Shown here in pieces: positions 20,421-32,044 of a DNA stretch of 64,000 nt (positions are counted from its first letter, which is position 1; every line of letters starts with the position of its first letter). The DNA lies in NCBI GenBank assembly GCA_965261685.1, contig CBDHDI010000026.1, positions 423,777-487,776 on the forward strand. Direction: 5' to 3'. Position numbers and translations under genes: made by a program. The notes beneath the pieces are model-generated. The model searched no databases and was not told where the DNA came from. It was given only the letters and a program-made list of their open reading frames with translations. This DNA is from Dehalococcoidia bacterium. GTDB lineage: Bacteria > Chloroflexota > Dehalococcoidia > UBA2979.

Positions 20421-21091
20421 TGGTGCGCACGGCAGCGCCGATCGAGCAGCGGCGGCGCTCCTTCGCGGGCGCCGGCCGCCACGAGGGCGCGCTGATCTCG
20501 CCGGGCAGCGCGCGGGAGCGCCTGGTTGGGCCGGAGGTGCGCTGGAGCGCGACCCGCGTCGAGACCTACCGCACCTGCGCCTTCCAGTTCTTCGGCCGCT
20601 ACGGGTTGAGCCTGTACGAGGTGGAAGACGAGCTCGCGGAGGCCGATGCGGCAATCCGCGGGACCGTCATCCACGACATCATGGAGGCGGCGCTGGGCCC
20701 GCTGGTCGAGGACGACCGTCCGCTCGTCCCTGCGACGGAGAACGAGGCGGTGCGGCACATGCGTGAGCGCGGCCGGGAGCTGTGGCTGAGCGCACCGGAC
20801 TACTATCACTTCGGGCGCGCCGCGCTGTGGCGCCTCGGCTGGGAAGATGCCGCCAACGACCTCGAGCGCCTGATCCACCGAGAGGCAATACATAAGAGGC
20901 GTATGGCACGACGAGGGGCGGGACGACGAGCTGTGTCTCAACTTCGGGAAGCACAAGGAACGCCCCCTGCTGGGGGTGATCGAAGCCGACCCCGGCTACA
21001 TCGAGTGGATGCTGCGCAGCGACTTCACCCGCGAGGTCAAGGAGGCGATTCAGAGCGCCAGGGCCGGCTCACCCCCGCAGCCCCCCGATGA
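20420..21091 (+). pseudogene. Fragment of PD-(D/E)XK (RecB/Cas4-like) nuclease followed, out of frame, by a DUF3820-like FGKHKG...DPGYIEWM motif
   Basis: RVETYRTCAFQFFGRYGLSL...IRGTVIHDIMEAA. In another frame, NFGKHKERPLLGVIEADPGYIEWMLRSDF. Confidence 0.4.
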
Positions 21092-21699
21092 CTCCGCCTA
21101 GCTCGGCGACGTTGACAGCAGTTGCGGGAGTGGCCCTGAGGTAGCCGAGGAGGTAGCGCGAAAGTGCGGCCGAACAGGGTCGAGGAGGTAGAACAAATGG
21201 GCGTGCCAACTTTTCTTGGGGCGCCGGCTGTCTGCGGTACGATCGGAGCAGGTGGACGGACGCGCGCCACGTTCGCCGGTACGAAAAATGCGTCCGTCCG
21301 GTACCGCGGACCTGAGGATGGCGGAGAGGAGGAGTCGATGGCGTAGCGCACGAGACATGCGAAGGCCGCAGCGAATAGGAACCCGCCGCGGCCCCGATTG
21401 AAGCAGACGACGGAGTGGCGTAGCAGCGCCGACCCGCCGGTGGACAAGGAGGATGAAGTCCATTGCCCAAGACCTTCACGCGCGATGATAGCCCCCCGGC
21501 GGGGGAGCGCGATAGTCCCTGGCGTATCCCCCGTGAAGGGGGAGAGGCCTCACACGGCCTGACTGCGGCGGAGCAATCCCCCGCGGTGCACGCTGACGCT
21601 GATCGGCCCCGGGACCGGGCCACCGATCAGCGCCGGCAACCCGACGACCACGCAACTGCTCACCTCGCGCAATGCGCGAGCCTCAAGGGAGGCGAAACC

Positions 21700-21888
21700 A
21701 TGAACGACCACGAATTCCTGATGGTGCTCGAGGACGCGGAACTGCTGCGTATCTCGCGCAACCTGGCCCACGAACTGCTGGCGCAGGGCGACTTGCCGTC
21801 CTTCCGCCCGGGCAGTCGGATCCGGATCCCCCGCGACCGGCTCTCCAACTGGCTCACGAGCCAGCAGACGGGCGACGCTCATGAGTAG
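21700..21888 (+). CDS. xis: Excisionase/HTH DNA-binding protein
   Basis: MNDHEFLMVLEDAELLRISRNLAHELLAQGDLPSFRPGSRIRIPRDRL. A strong SD (AAGGGAGG) precedes the ATG at 21700, and the gene is directly upstream of and overlapping the integrase. Confidence 0.65.
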   Translation: MNDHEFLMVLEDAELLRISRNLAHELLAQGDLPSFRPGSRIRIPRDRLSNWLTSQQTGDAHE

Positions 21889-22866
21889 GCACGCCCTGGG
21901 CTCCGGAGTGGACCCGGACGAGATCACGACCGAGGGCTGGTTGACGCAGTGGCTCGACGAGCGGGTGAGCGACCGTGCGATCGGTCGGTCGGTCGCCCAC
22001 AACTACCGCTGGATCATCGAGAACCACCTGGTGCCCGCAATCGGTGGCGTGCGCCTCCTGGACCTCCGGGACGCCAACATCCTGAAGCTGAAGAGCGACC
22101 TCTTGCAATCCCGCAGGCCCGGGACCGTGCGGAAGATTCTCGGCCTGCTCCGCCAGGCGCTCAACTCCGCGGTCACGCAAAAGCTGATCGCCAGCAACCC
22201 GGCATCGGACGTGCCGATGCCCTCACTGGAACGCGTGCGATCCGAACGTCGCGCGCTCAGCGAGAGCGAGAGCGAGGAACTGCTCCGGGTCGCGAAAAAT
22301 ACCCCGTACGACACGGTGATCCGCTTCGCGCTCGCTACCGGTGCGCGGCAGGCAGAAGTGCTCGGCGCCACGTGGCGTGCGATCGATCTGGAGCGCGGCA
22401 CCTTCCATGTGGCACACACGTTACAGGTCGTGGGAGGTGAGTTCCGGCTGGTCGCCCCGAAGAGGGACCGCCTTCTCCGCGCGATCGAACTCTTCCCCAC
22501 GACTGTGCAACTGCTGCGTGAGCATCGCGACGCCCAGAACGCTACGCAGCTCGAACTGGGCGAGGAGTGGGAGGATCACGATCTCGTGTTCCCCGCCGGG
22601 CGCGGTCGGTACTGGCGCCGCGCCGTCTTCTACCAGGGTTACCGGGAGTTGGTCGATGCGAGCGGGATCGCAAAGCCGTGGGAGATCAACTTCCGCACGC
22701 TGCGACACACGGCGGCCAGCCAGTAGATCGCGGCAGACATCGACCCGCTGACGGTTTCGCGACGGCTCGGACACGCGTCCGCATCGTTCACGCTGGATGT
22801 CTACGGGCACATGCTGCCCGGGCAACAGGGCCCCGCAGCTGAAGCGCTCGACCACTTGATCAGGTA
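21881..22866 (+). pseudogene. int: Tyrosine recombinase/phage integrase interrupted by in-frame TAG at 22724..22726
   Basis: The N-terminal SAM-like domain and catalytic core run ...LRHTAASQ. The TAG is followed in the same frame by IAADIDPLTVSRRLGHASASFTLDVYGHMLPG, which contains the catalytic Tyr motif. Confidence 0.7.
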
Positions 22867-23091
22867 GTTGTCGATCAGGTAGTTGGCCCGCCGGGGACGC
22901 CTCGAACCTGGGATCGGGGACGGGCCACCGGCCCGGATCCCGCAGTGAGGGGAGGACAACACAGGGTAACCAGAGAGTTCGGCCGGGGCCCTCACCTCTC
23001 CCTGAGGGTCGGCCCCGGCCGAGCGGCACCAGGCAAACACCCGAACGCTAGCAGTGGCTGTCCGGCGCGGTTACGCCGGACAGCCCTGCAC

Positions 23092-24681
<1,590 letters not shown>

Positions 24682-26453
24682 CCGGGATCCACCGAAGAAG
24701 AGCGCATGAGCGGTTGCGGTTGGGTGCTCCGCTGTAGCTGGGACAATGGTTTTTGACCGAATCACGTCACAGCCACAGGGAGCACCCATTCGATGCTACC
24801 AACGAGCGACCCCGACCGGATAGACATCGCCTTCGACGACGACCGCCTGGTGGCCGATGCGGGGCTGCTCCTCCCGGCCACGCTCGCCCAGCATCTCGGT
24901 TTGCAAGAGCTCGCCGACAGCTACCTCGACCTCGGTGACGCGCCGGGCCGGGCGAACGCCGGCGACAAGCTGCTGACCCTGGTCGCCTCGGCGCTCGCGG
25001 GCGGCGAGTGCATCGACGACGCCGCTGCGTTGCGCGCCGGCGGGACGGCGAGCGTGCTCGGTTGCACCGTCAAGGCGCCGTCCACGCTCGGTGTCTTCCT
25101 GCGCAGCTTCAGCTGGGGCCACGTCCGCCAGCTCGACCGCCTCAGCCGCGAGTTGCTCGCCCGCAGCTGGGCGGCCGGAGCGGGCCCGGGCGCGGCGCCG
25201 TTCACGATCGACCTCGATTCGACGATCTGCGAGACCTACGGCCTGGCGAAGGAGGGCGCCCGGCACCACGGCTACACGGGCGTGCGCGGCTATCACCCGC
25301 TGCTCGCCGTTGCGGCCGGGACGGGTGACGTGCTGATGGCGCGGCTGCGCGAGGGCCGCGCCAACACCGCCCGCGGCGCCGCCCACTTCCTGCGTGAGAC
25401 GGTGGCGCGGGTGCGCGACGCCGGGGCGAGCGGGCAGCTCACGGTGCGCGCCGACAGCGGCTTCTACAACCACGCCGTCGTCGCCGTCTGCCGCAAGCAG
25501 GATGTCCGCTTCTCCATCACCATTCGCCAGCAGCCGAACGTACGCACGCTGATCGAGGCGATCCCGGAAGAGGACTGGACGCCGATCCCGTACTGGCTGC
25601 CGGGCGGCGCGGATGTCGCCGAGACGACCTACACGCCGTTCCAGCACAAGGAGGATGCCACCGCGGTGCGGCTCATCGTGCGGCGCGTCAAGCCGACGCC
25701 CGGCTCACAGCTCGCGCTCTTTGCGAACTATAGTTACCACGCCTTCATCACCGATCGCGCCGGGGAGCTGCTGGAGCTGGAGGCCGACCATCGCCGTCAC
25801 GCCGAGATCGAGAACACGATCCGTGACCTCAAGTACGGCGTCGGGCTGAACCATCTCCCCTCGGGCCGCTTCGGCGCGAACGGGGCGTGGCTCGCGGTGC
25901 AGGTGATCGCGCACAACCTCGCCCGCTGGACGGCGCGGCTCGGGCTCGGCGAGGGGATCGTGACGACCAGGACGCTCAGGCGGCGCTACTTCAGTGGGCT
26001 CGGTCGCCGGACGCTCGGCTCACCCATTCGCGCTGCACGCTGAGCGGCTGCTGGACCCTGCACCGAATGTGCGGGGTTTTCTGCGTCCAGGCGGGTCCAG
26101 CGGCGAGGGCGCGCGAAGCGGTTGCTGGCCCTGGGCTGGCTGGGACAATGGGTTTTGCACGAATCACGTACCAGCGACAGGGAGCACCCATTCGATGCTA
26201 CCAACGAGCGACCGTTACCGCTCCCGGCCTGACGCTCGCTCACAGCGCCAACACGGGTCCGAGGCTCGCGCCAGCATGCCCGCGCACGCCTCGCGCACCC
26301 TCGCGCCGGCGCCCTCAGCGCCCCCGAGCCGCGCTGAGCGACGCTGAGCGACGGCTCCTCGCTCCGGCACCGCCCGGCGAACGCCGGCACGCCCGCCGAA
26401 CGCTCCGGCAGCCCGGCAGCCCGCCCCTTCAAGCTTCGATCGGTGGATTCGAG
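24682..26453 (+). mobile_element. IS1380-family IS, copy 1 (1772 bp; carries an internal 114-bp extra segment near the transposase 3' end), TSD GTTAG
   Basis: Ends are CCGGGATCCACCGAAG...CTTCGATCGGTGGATTCGAG, flanked by gttag on both sides. Confidence 0.85.
24793..26043 (+). CDS. IS1380-family DDE transposase (C-terminus altered relative to other copies)
   Basis: 416 aa, identical to the other copies up to RRRYF and then divergent. Confidence 0.85.
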   Translation: MLPTSDPDRIDIAFDDDRLVADAGLLLPATLAQHLGLQELADSYLDLGDAPGRANAGDKLLTLVASALAGGECIDDAAALRAGGTASVLGCTVKAPSTLGVFLRSFSWGHVRQLDRLSRELLARSWAAGAGPGAAPFTIDLDSTICETYGLAKEGARHHGYTGVRGYHPLLAVAAGTGDVLMARLREGRANTARGAAHFLRETVARVRDAGASGQLTVRADSGFYNHAVVAVCRKQDVRFSITIRQQPNVRTLIEAIPEEDWTPIPYWLPGGADVAETTYTPFQHKEDATAVRLIVRRVKPTPGSQLALFANYSYHAFITDRAGELLELEADHRRHAEIENTIRDLKYGVGLNHLPSGRFGANGAWLAVQVIAHNLARWTARLGLGEGIVTTRTLRRRYFSGLGRRTLGSPIRAAR

Positions 26454-27698
26454 GTTAGACCGGTCGACACAGGGGGAGCCGCCGCAGGGTGCGCGGTGGC
26501 CCCCCCTTCCCGCCGATATGTGCGGGGTTTTCTGCGTCCAGGCGGGTCCAGCGGCGAGGGCGCTTGGCTCAGGCATGGGGCGCATGATCGGATCGGTTGC
26601 AGGTATCGAGCTTGAGTTGCAAGACGGATGGCAGGTGCTGGATTAGCCCTGATCCACCGAAGAAGAGCGCGCGAGCAGCTGCGGTTGGGTGCTCCGCTGT
26701 AGCTGGGACAATGGGTTTTGCACGAATCACGTACCAGCGACAGGGAGCACCCATTCGATGCTACCAACGAGCGACCCCGACCGGATAGACATCGCCTTCG
26801 ACGACCACCGCCTGGTGGCCGATGCGGGGCTGCTCCTCCCGGCCACGCTCGCCCAGCATCTCGGTTTGCAAGAGCTCGCCGACAGCTGCGTCGACCTCGG
26901 TGACGCGCCGGGCCGGGCGAACGCCGGCGACAAGCTGCTGACCCTGGTCGCCTCGGCGCTCGCCGGTGGCGACTGCATCGACGACGCCGCTGCGTTGCGC
27001 GCCGGCGGGACGGCGAGCGTGCTCGGTTGCACCGTCAAGGCGCCGTCCACCCTCGGTGTCTTCCTGCGCAGCTTCAGCTGGGGCCACGTCCGCCAGCTCG
27101 ACCGCCTCAGCCGCGAGTTGCTCGCCCGCAGCTGGGCGGCCGGGGCGGGACCAGGCGACGCGCCGCTCACGATCGGCCTCGACTCGACGCTCTGCGAGAC
27201 CTACGGCCTGGCCAAGGAGGGCGCCCGCCAGCCCGGCTACAGCGGCGCGCGCGGCTACCACCCGTTGCTCGCGGTTGCAGCCGGGACGGGTGAGGTGCTG
27301 ATGGCGCGGCTGCGCGAGGGCCGCGCGAACACCGCCCGCGGCGCCGCCCACTTCCTGCGTGAGACGGTGGCGCGGGTGCGCGACGCCGGGGCGCCGGGGC
27401 AGCTCACGGTGCGAGCGGACAGCGGCTTCTACAACCACGCCGTCGTCGCCGTCTGTCGCAAGCAGGATGTCCGCTTCTCAATCACCATTCGCCAGCAGCC
27501 GAGCGTACGCCGGCTGATCGAGGCGATAGCGGAAGAGGACTGGACGCCGATCCCGTACTGGCTGCCGGGCGGCGCGGATGTCGCCGAGACGACCTACACG
27601 CCGTTCCAGCACAAGGAGGACGCCACCCCGGTGCGGCTCATCGTGCGGCGCGTCAAGCCGACGCCCGGCTCACAGCTCGCGCTCTTCGTGAACTACAG

Positions 27699-29217
27699 CT
27701 GATATGGAGTGACCGGTTGTCAATCAGCACCGGCGGTGGTCGTGGCGATCCGGCTCCGGAACGGGGGGAGATGGACGAACGAGGGCGCTGCTTCGACGAC
27801 GTGTCACTCTGATATTCGCGGGTTGCCTGGGGCCTTGCCGCATGACCGTGCTTCGCCGGGAGGGGTCGCCGTCTACGGTCGCGGGTTGACGGCGCCGGGC
27901 GCCGCTGCCGCATAGCTGTACCGCGCGTCCTCCTGAGCCTGCCCTCGCTCATCCATCCTCTCCTGCTCCGGAGCGGCGTATCGCCAGCTCCGCCTTCGCC
28001 GCGGACCGCGCGCGTGCTGTCAGGCCGCCGCCTGCTGCCGGGCGCCGATGTTCAGCACCGCCCACAGGTAACCCGCGAGTTCACGGGCGACGGCCACGTT
28101 CGCCACGACCGACGGCTTGCCGTGATCGGCCAGCCGCCGGTGGCGGCGATAGAGCCGGGTCTGCGCGCGGTCGGCCAGCACCACGGCCCAGCCCGGCTGG
28201 CCCTCGCGGCGCTTGCGCAGCGCTGCCCCCACCCGCGGCGGGTGGCGGTAGTGCCAGGCGCTCTCCACCAGGATGCGGCGCACGTGGCTGTTCCCTGTCT
28301 TCGTGATCGGTCCCCGCCGCTGACGGGCGCCGCTGCTGTACTCGCTGGGCGTGAGCCCGAGGTAGGACATCAACTGCCGGGCGCTGCCGAAGCGCGTGAC
28401 GTCACCGAGCTCGGCGAGCACCGTCATCGCCGTCACCGTGTCGACCCCGCGGAAGCAGCGCAGCAGCCCCACCGCCTCGCGGTAGTCGTCGCTGGCGGCA
28501 CACGCGGCCAGTTCCTGCTCCAGCGTGCGCAGCCGCTCCTCCACGCCCTCGAGCGCACGCAGGTAGTCGTCGAAGGTGGCCTGCGCGGCCGGGTGCTCGA
28601 AGCGCAACGTCAGCAGCCAGCGGCGGTGCCGCAGCGTCCAGTTCCGCCCGTCGTAGGCGATGCCGCGCCGCAGCAGCAGCTTCGCCAGGCGGTGGCGCGC
28701 GCGGGTGCGGTCGGTCACGGCGTCCTCGCGCGCCCGGCAGAGGTCGCGCACCGCCTCCTGGTCGATGGTCGGGGGATGCACCGCCGTGAGCAGGTCCGCG
28801 CGCAGCAGCTCCGCCAGCTTCCTGGCGTCGCGGCGGTCCGTCTTGACGCGGTCGCCGGGCCGCCTGGGGATCAGCGCCGGCGCGATCACCCGGCATTCGA
28901 TGCCTGCGGCCTCGAGCTGGCGCTGCAGCGCGAAGCCCCCCGGCCCCGCCTCGTAGCAGGCCACGACCGGCCCCGGCGCCATGCGCTTCAGGCGCCGCGC
29001 GAGCCGCTTCACCGCGCGCAGCTCGTTCGTCAGCTGCCACTCCTCGGGTCGCTCGGCCCCCGGCGCCAGCACCGCCACGTGGATCGTCCGCGCGTGTGCA
29101 TCCATCCCTGCATATGTGGTAGTCATCTTCCTGACCGGCTCCCTTTCGTATGCGGCTCTGTGGCCTCGCGTCGTAACCCGCGAGTTTGCGAACTTGGAGC
29201 CGGTCACTCCATACGGT
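27699..29217 (-). mobile_element. IS110-family IS nested inside IS1380 copy 2
   Basis: Sub-terminal inverted repeats atggagtgaccgg / ccggtcactccat, and a CT dinucleotide at both junctions. Confidence 0.75.
28020..29207 (-). CDS. IS110-family transposase
   Basis: 395 aa with an N-terminal DEDD (RuvC-like) domain: GMDAHARTIHVAVL...VVACYEAGPGGFALQRQLEAAGIECRVIAP. Confidence 0.85.
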   Translation of the reverse strand: MTGSKFANSRVTTRGHRAAYEREPVRKMTTTYAGMDAHARTIHVAVLAPGAERPEEWQLTNELRAVKRLARRLKRMAPGPVVACYEAGPGGFALQRQLEAAGIECRVIAPALIPRRPGDRVKTDRRDARKLAELLRADLLTAVHPPTIDQEAVRDLCRAREDAVTDRTRARHRLAKLLLRRGIAYDGRNWTLRHRRWLLTLRFEHPAAQATFDDYLRALEGVEERLRTLEQELAACAASDDYREAVGLLRCFRGVDTVTAMTVLAELGDVTRFGSARQLMSYLGLTPSEYSSGARQRRGPITKTGNSHVRRILVESAWHYRHPPRVGAALRKRREGQPGWAVVLADRAQTRLYRRHRRLADHGKPSVVANVAVARELAGYLWAVLNIGARQQAAA

Positions 29218-30411
29218 CTACCATGCCTTCATCACCGATCGCGCCGGAGAGATGATGGAGCTGGAGGCCGACCATCGTCGCCACGCCGAGATCGAGAACG
29301 CGATCCGCGACCTCAAGTACGGCGTCGGGCTGAACCATCTCCCCTCGGGCCGCTTCGCCGCGAACGCGGCCTGGCTCGCGGTGCAGGTGATCGCGCACAA
29401 CCTCGCCCGCTGGACGGCGCGCCTCGGGCTCGGCGAGGGAATCGTGACGACCAGGACGCTCAGGCGGCGCTACTTCGCTCTCGCCGGACGGCTCACCCGC
29501 TCGGCCCGGCGCTGGACGCTGCACCTCCCGAAGCGCTGGCCCTGGGCCGGCCAGTGGGCAGCCGCCCTGGCGCGGTTACGGGCGCTACCGCTCCCGGCCT
29601 GACGCCCGCTCACAGCGCCGACCCGGCTCCGAGGCTCGCGCCAGCATGCCCGCGCACGCCTCGCGCACCCTCGCGCCCGCGCCCTCAGCGCCCCCGAGCG
29701 GTCCTGAGCGATGGCTCCTCGCTCCGGCACCGCCCGGCGAACGCCGGCACGCCCGCCGAACGCTCCGGCAGCCCGGCAGCCCGCCCCGTCAAGCTTCGAT
29801 CGGTGGATTCGGGCTTAGGGGGGCGTTCCCCGCTCGGCGAGCCCGCGTAGAGGTCGGGATGAGCCAGGGCGTGGCGCGCGATGATGCGTGCCAGGATGCG
29901 CAGGCCCTCGAGGCGAATCCGCTCCTGCTCGTCGCTCAACGCTCGCTGCGTCTTCACAATCGTCTCCTGCGGGCGCGCCGTGCGGCCCTCGAATCGCTGC
30001 TGCTGAGCGGGGCGCCTGTTCCACGGACTCCAGCGTCGAGCCTGGATGACTGCCAGGCAGTCCCTCCGAAGGGACTTCATCCATGAAGCTGCATCCGTCG
30101 GGAGCGGGAATGCCTATGTCCGACAGCGCGCTCTTCGTTCTCACGCTCGTCAGCTGGATCCATGCGCAGCCTTCTTCGTGGCGCGCCGTGGTGCACGTGG
30201 GACAAGATCGCGTGGACCCGGTCCTGCACGCTCGCGATGCTCCGGCAACGCCTGAACCAGACCCCGCTCGGCACTCCCCAGCCGGGGGGATCGTTCCTGC
30301 ACTCTGGCGTACACTCGTTCTACTTGGACGCAACGACCGTTCCGCCGGCCACCAGATGAAGTGCAGTGCCATGGCTCATCCGGCGGAGCTGCCTGGCAAG
30401 GAGGCACACCA

Positions 30412-32044
30412 ATGAACCTCCACCCAGACTTCACCCCCGCAGCGCTCTACGCGCGCGTCTCCAGCGATCGCCAGGACGTCGACCTCTCCGTCGCCGCCCA
30501 GTTGCGCGCGCTCCGCGACTACGCCCAGAAGAACAACTACTTCGTCGCCCGCGAGTACATCGACGGGGCCGAGAGCGGGCGCGTCGCCAACCGCCCCCAG
30601 TTCCGCCAGATGCTCGACGAGGCGAGCGGCGAGGACGCGCCCTTCGAGGAGATCCTCGTCTGGAAGTTCTCCCGCTTCACCCGCAAGCGCGAGCACGCCG
30701 TCGCCTTCAAGTCGATGTTGCGCCGCCGCGGTATCCGCGTCGTCTCCATCACCGAGCACGCCGACGACTCCCCCACGGGCAAGCTCATGGAGGCGATCAT
30801 CGAGAGCGTGGACGAGTTCTACAGCGAAAATCTCGCGCAGGAGGTGACCCGAGGGATGCGTGAGGCCGCCTCTCGCGGGTTCTTCCTCGGGCCACGCGCG
30901 CCGTTCGGCTACAGCCGCATCAAGGTCAGCGACGGGGCGCGGGAGCGCCCGACGCTGGAGGTTGACCCCGCCGCGGCTCCGGTTGTGCGCGAGATCTTCG
31001 ACAGCGTGCTGCGCGGCAATGGCCTCAAGGAGATTTGCCGCAACCTCAACGAGCGAGGTGTCACCAACCACGGCAGGCGCTGGCAGAAGAGCTCGCTCCA
31101 ATACCTGCTGACCAACGAGGCGTACGCCGGGACCGCCGTCTGGGGCCGCAGGACCAAGGAAGGCAGGACGCCTGACCCGGTGCGAGTCGAGGGTGCGTGG
31201 GAGGCGCTCGTCCCCCGCGAGATGTTCGATCGCGTGCAGCAGGCCCTCGCAAGCCGGGCGCCCGACGTGCAGCGGCCAGCCCAGGTCGGCAGCCGGTTCC
31301 TGCTGAGCGGACTGCTGCGCTGCGGAGCGTGCGGGAAGCCCTACCTCGGCCAGGGGGCGAAGAGCGGACAGTACACGTACTACGTCTGCTCGACCCTGCA
31401 CCACGAGGGCCCGGGCGCATGCGAGGCGCGCTACCTGAACGCGGAGAAGGTCGAGGAGTTCGTCGTCGAGAAGATCCGCGAACGCATTCTCACCGACGAG
31501 ATGATCACCGAGCTGGTCACCCTGGTGGCGGAGGAGATCGACACGCTCGCCGGTGAGCTCAGCAGCCAGCTGCAGGCGATTGAGTCGGAGCTCGGGGATG
31601 TCCAGAGTCGACTCGAGCGCCTGTACGACGCGCTGGAGAAGAGCACTCTCACGTACGAGGCGCTCTCGCCGAGGATCCTCTCCCTGCGTCAGCGCGAGGA
31701 CCAGCTCGCGGCGGCGCGCGAGGACGCCGCCCGTCAGCTCACGCAGCGCAAGGTCGAACTCCCCACGAGCCACGAGATCAAGGCTTACGTCGCGGACTTC
31801 CGGAGCTTCCTCGAGGAAGGGACGTTCCCGGAGCGCAAGGCGCTGATCCGCAACTTCGTGAAGGGCGTCGAGGTGGCCGGCGACGAGGCGACACTCAGCT
31901 ACACGATCCCCATGCCGGCAGGGGGCGTGACCAGCGAGCGCACCCCAGTTCTTGATTTCGTCCAGAGTGGTGGGGCGGTACTGGACAAAATCAAGAACCT
32001 TCGTCTTGCGGTTCCGGTTGGCCCTGTAGCCGTTCACTCCTTAT
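30412..32044 (+). CDS. Large serine recombinase; last ~50 codons separated by IS1380 copy 3
   Basis: Resolvase catalytic domain (AALYARVSSDRQDVDLSVAAQ), recombinase domain, zinc ribbon (CGACGKPYLGQ...YYVCS) and coiled coil. Confidence 0.8.

Larger units (their letters stand above)
26647..29814 (+). mobile_element. IS1380-family IS, copy 2 (sequence variant), disrupted by nested IS110-family element; TSD TTAG
   Basis: Left end CCCTGATCCACCGAAG, right end GATTCGGG. The transposase is split into 26689..27698 and 29218..29602, and ...NYS|YHAF is contiguous when the insert is removed. Confidence 0.8.

Noticed and set aside
26044-26215. Apparent extra partial IS end inside IS1380 copy 1; considered a sixth IS copy
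   Set aside because: Only ~150 bp of left-end-like sequence, with no transposase and no second terminus. It is interpreted as an internal rearrangement of copy 1.
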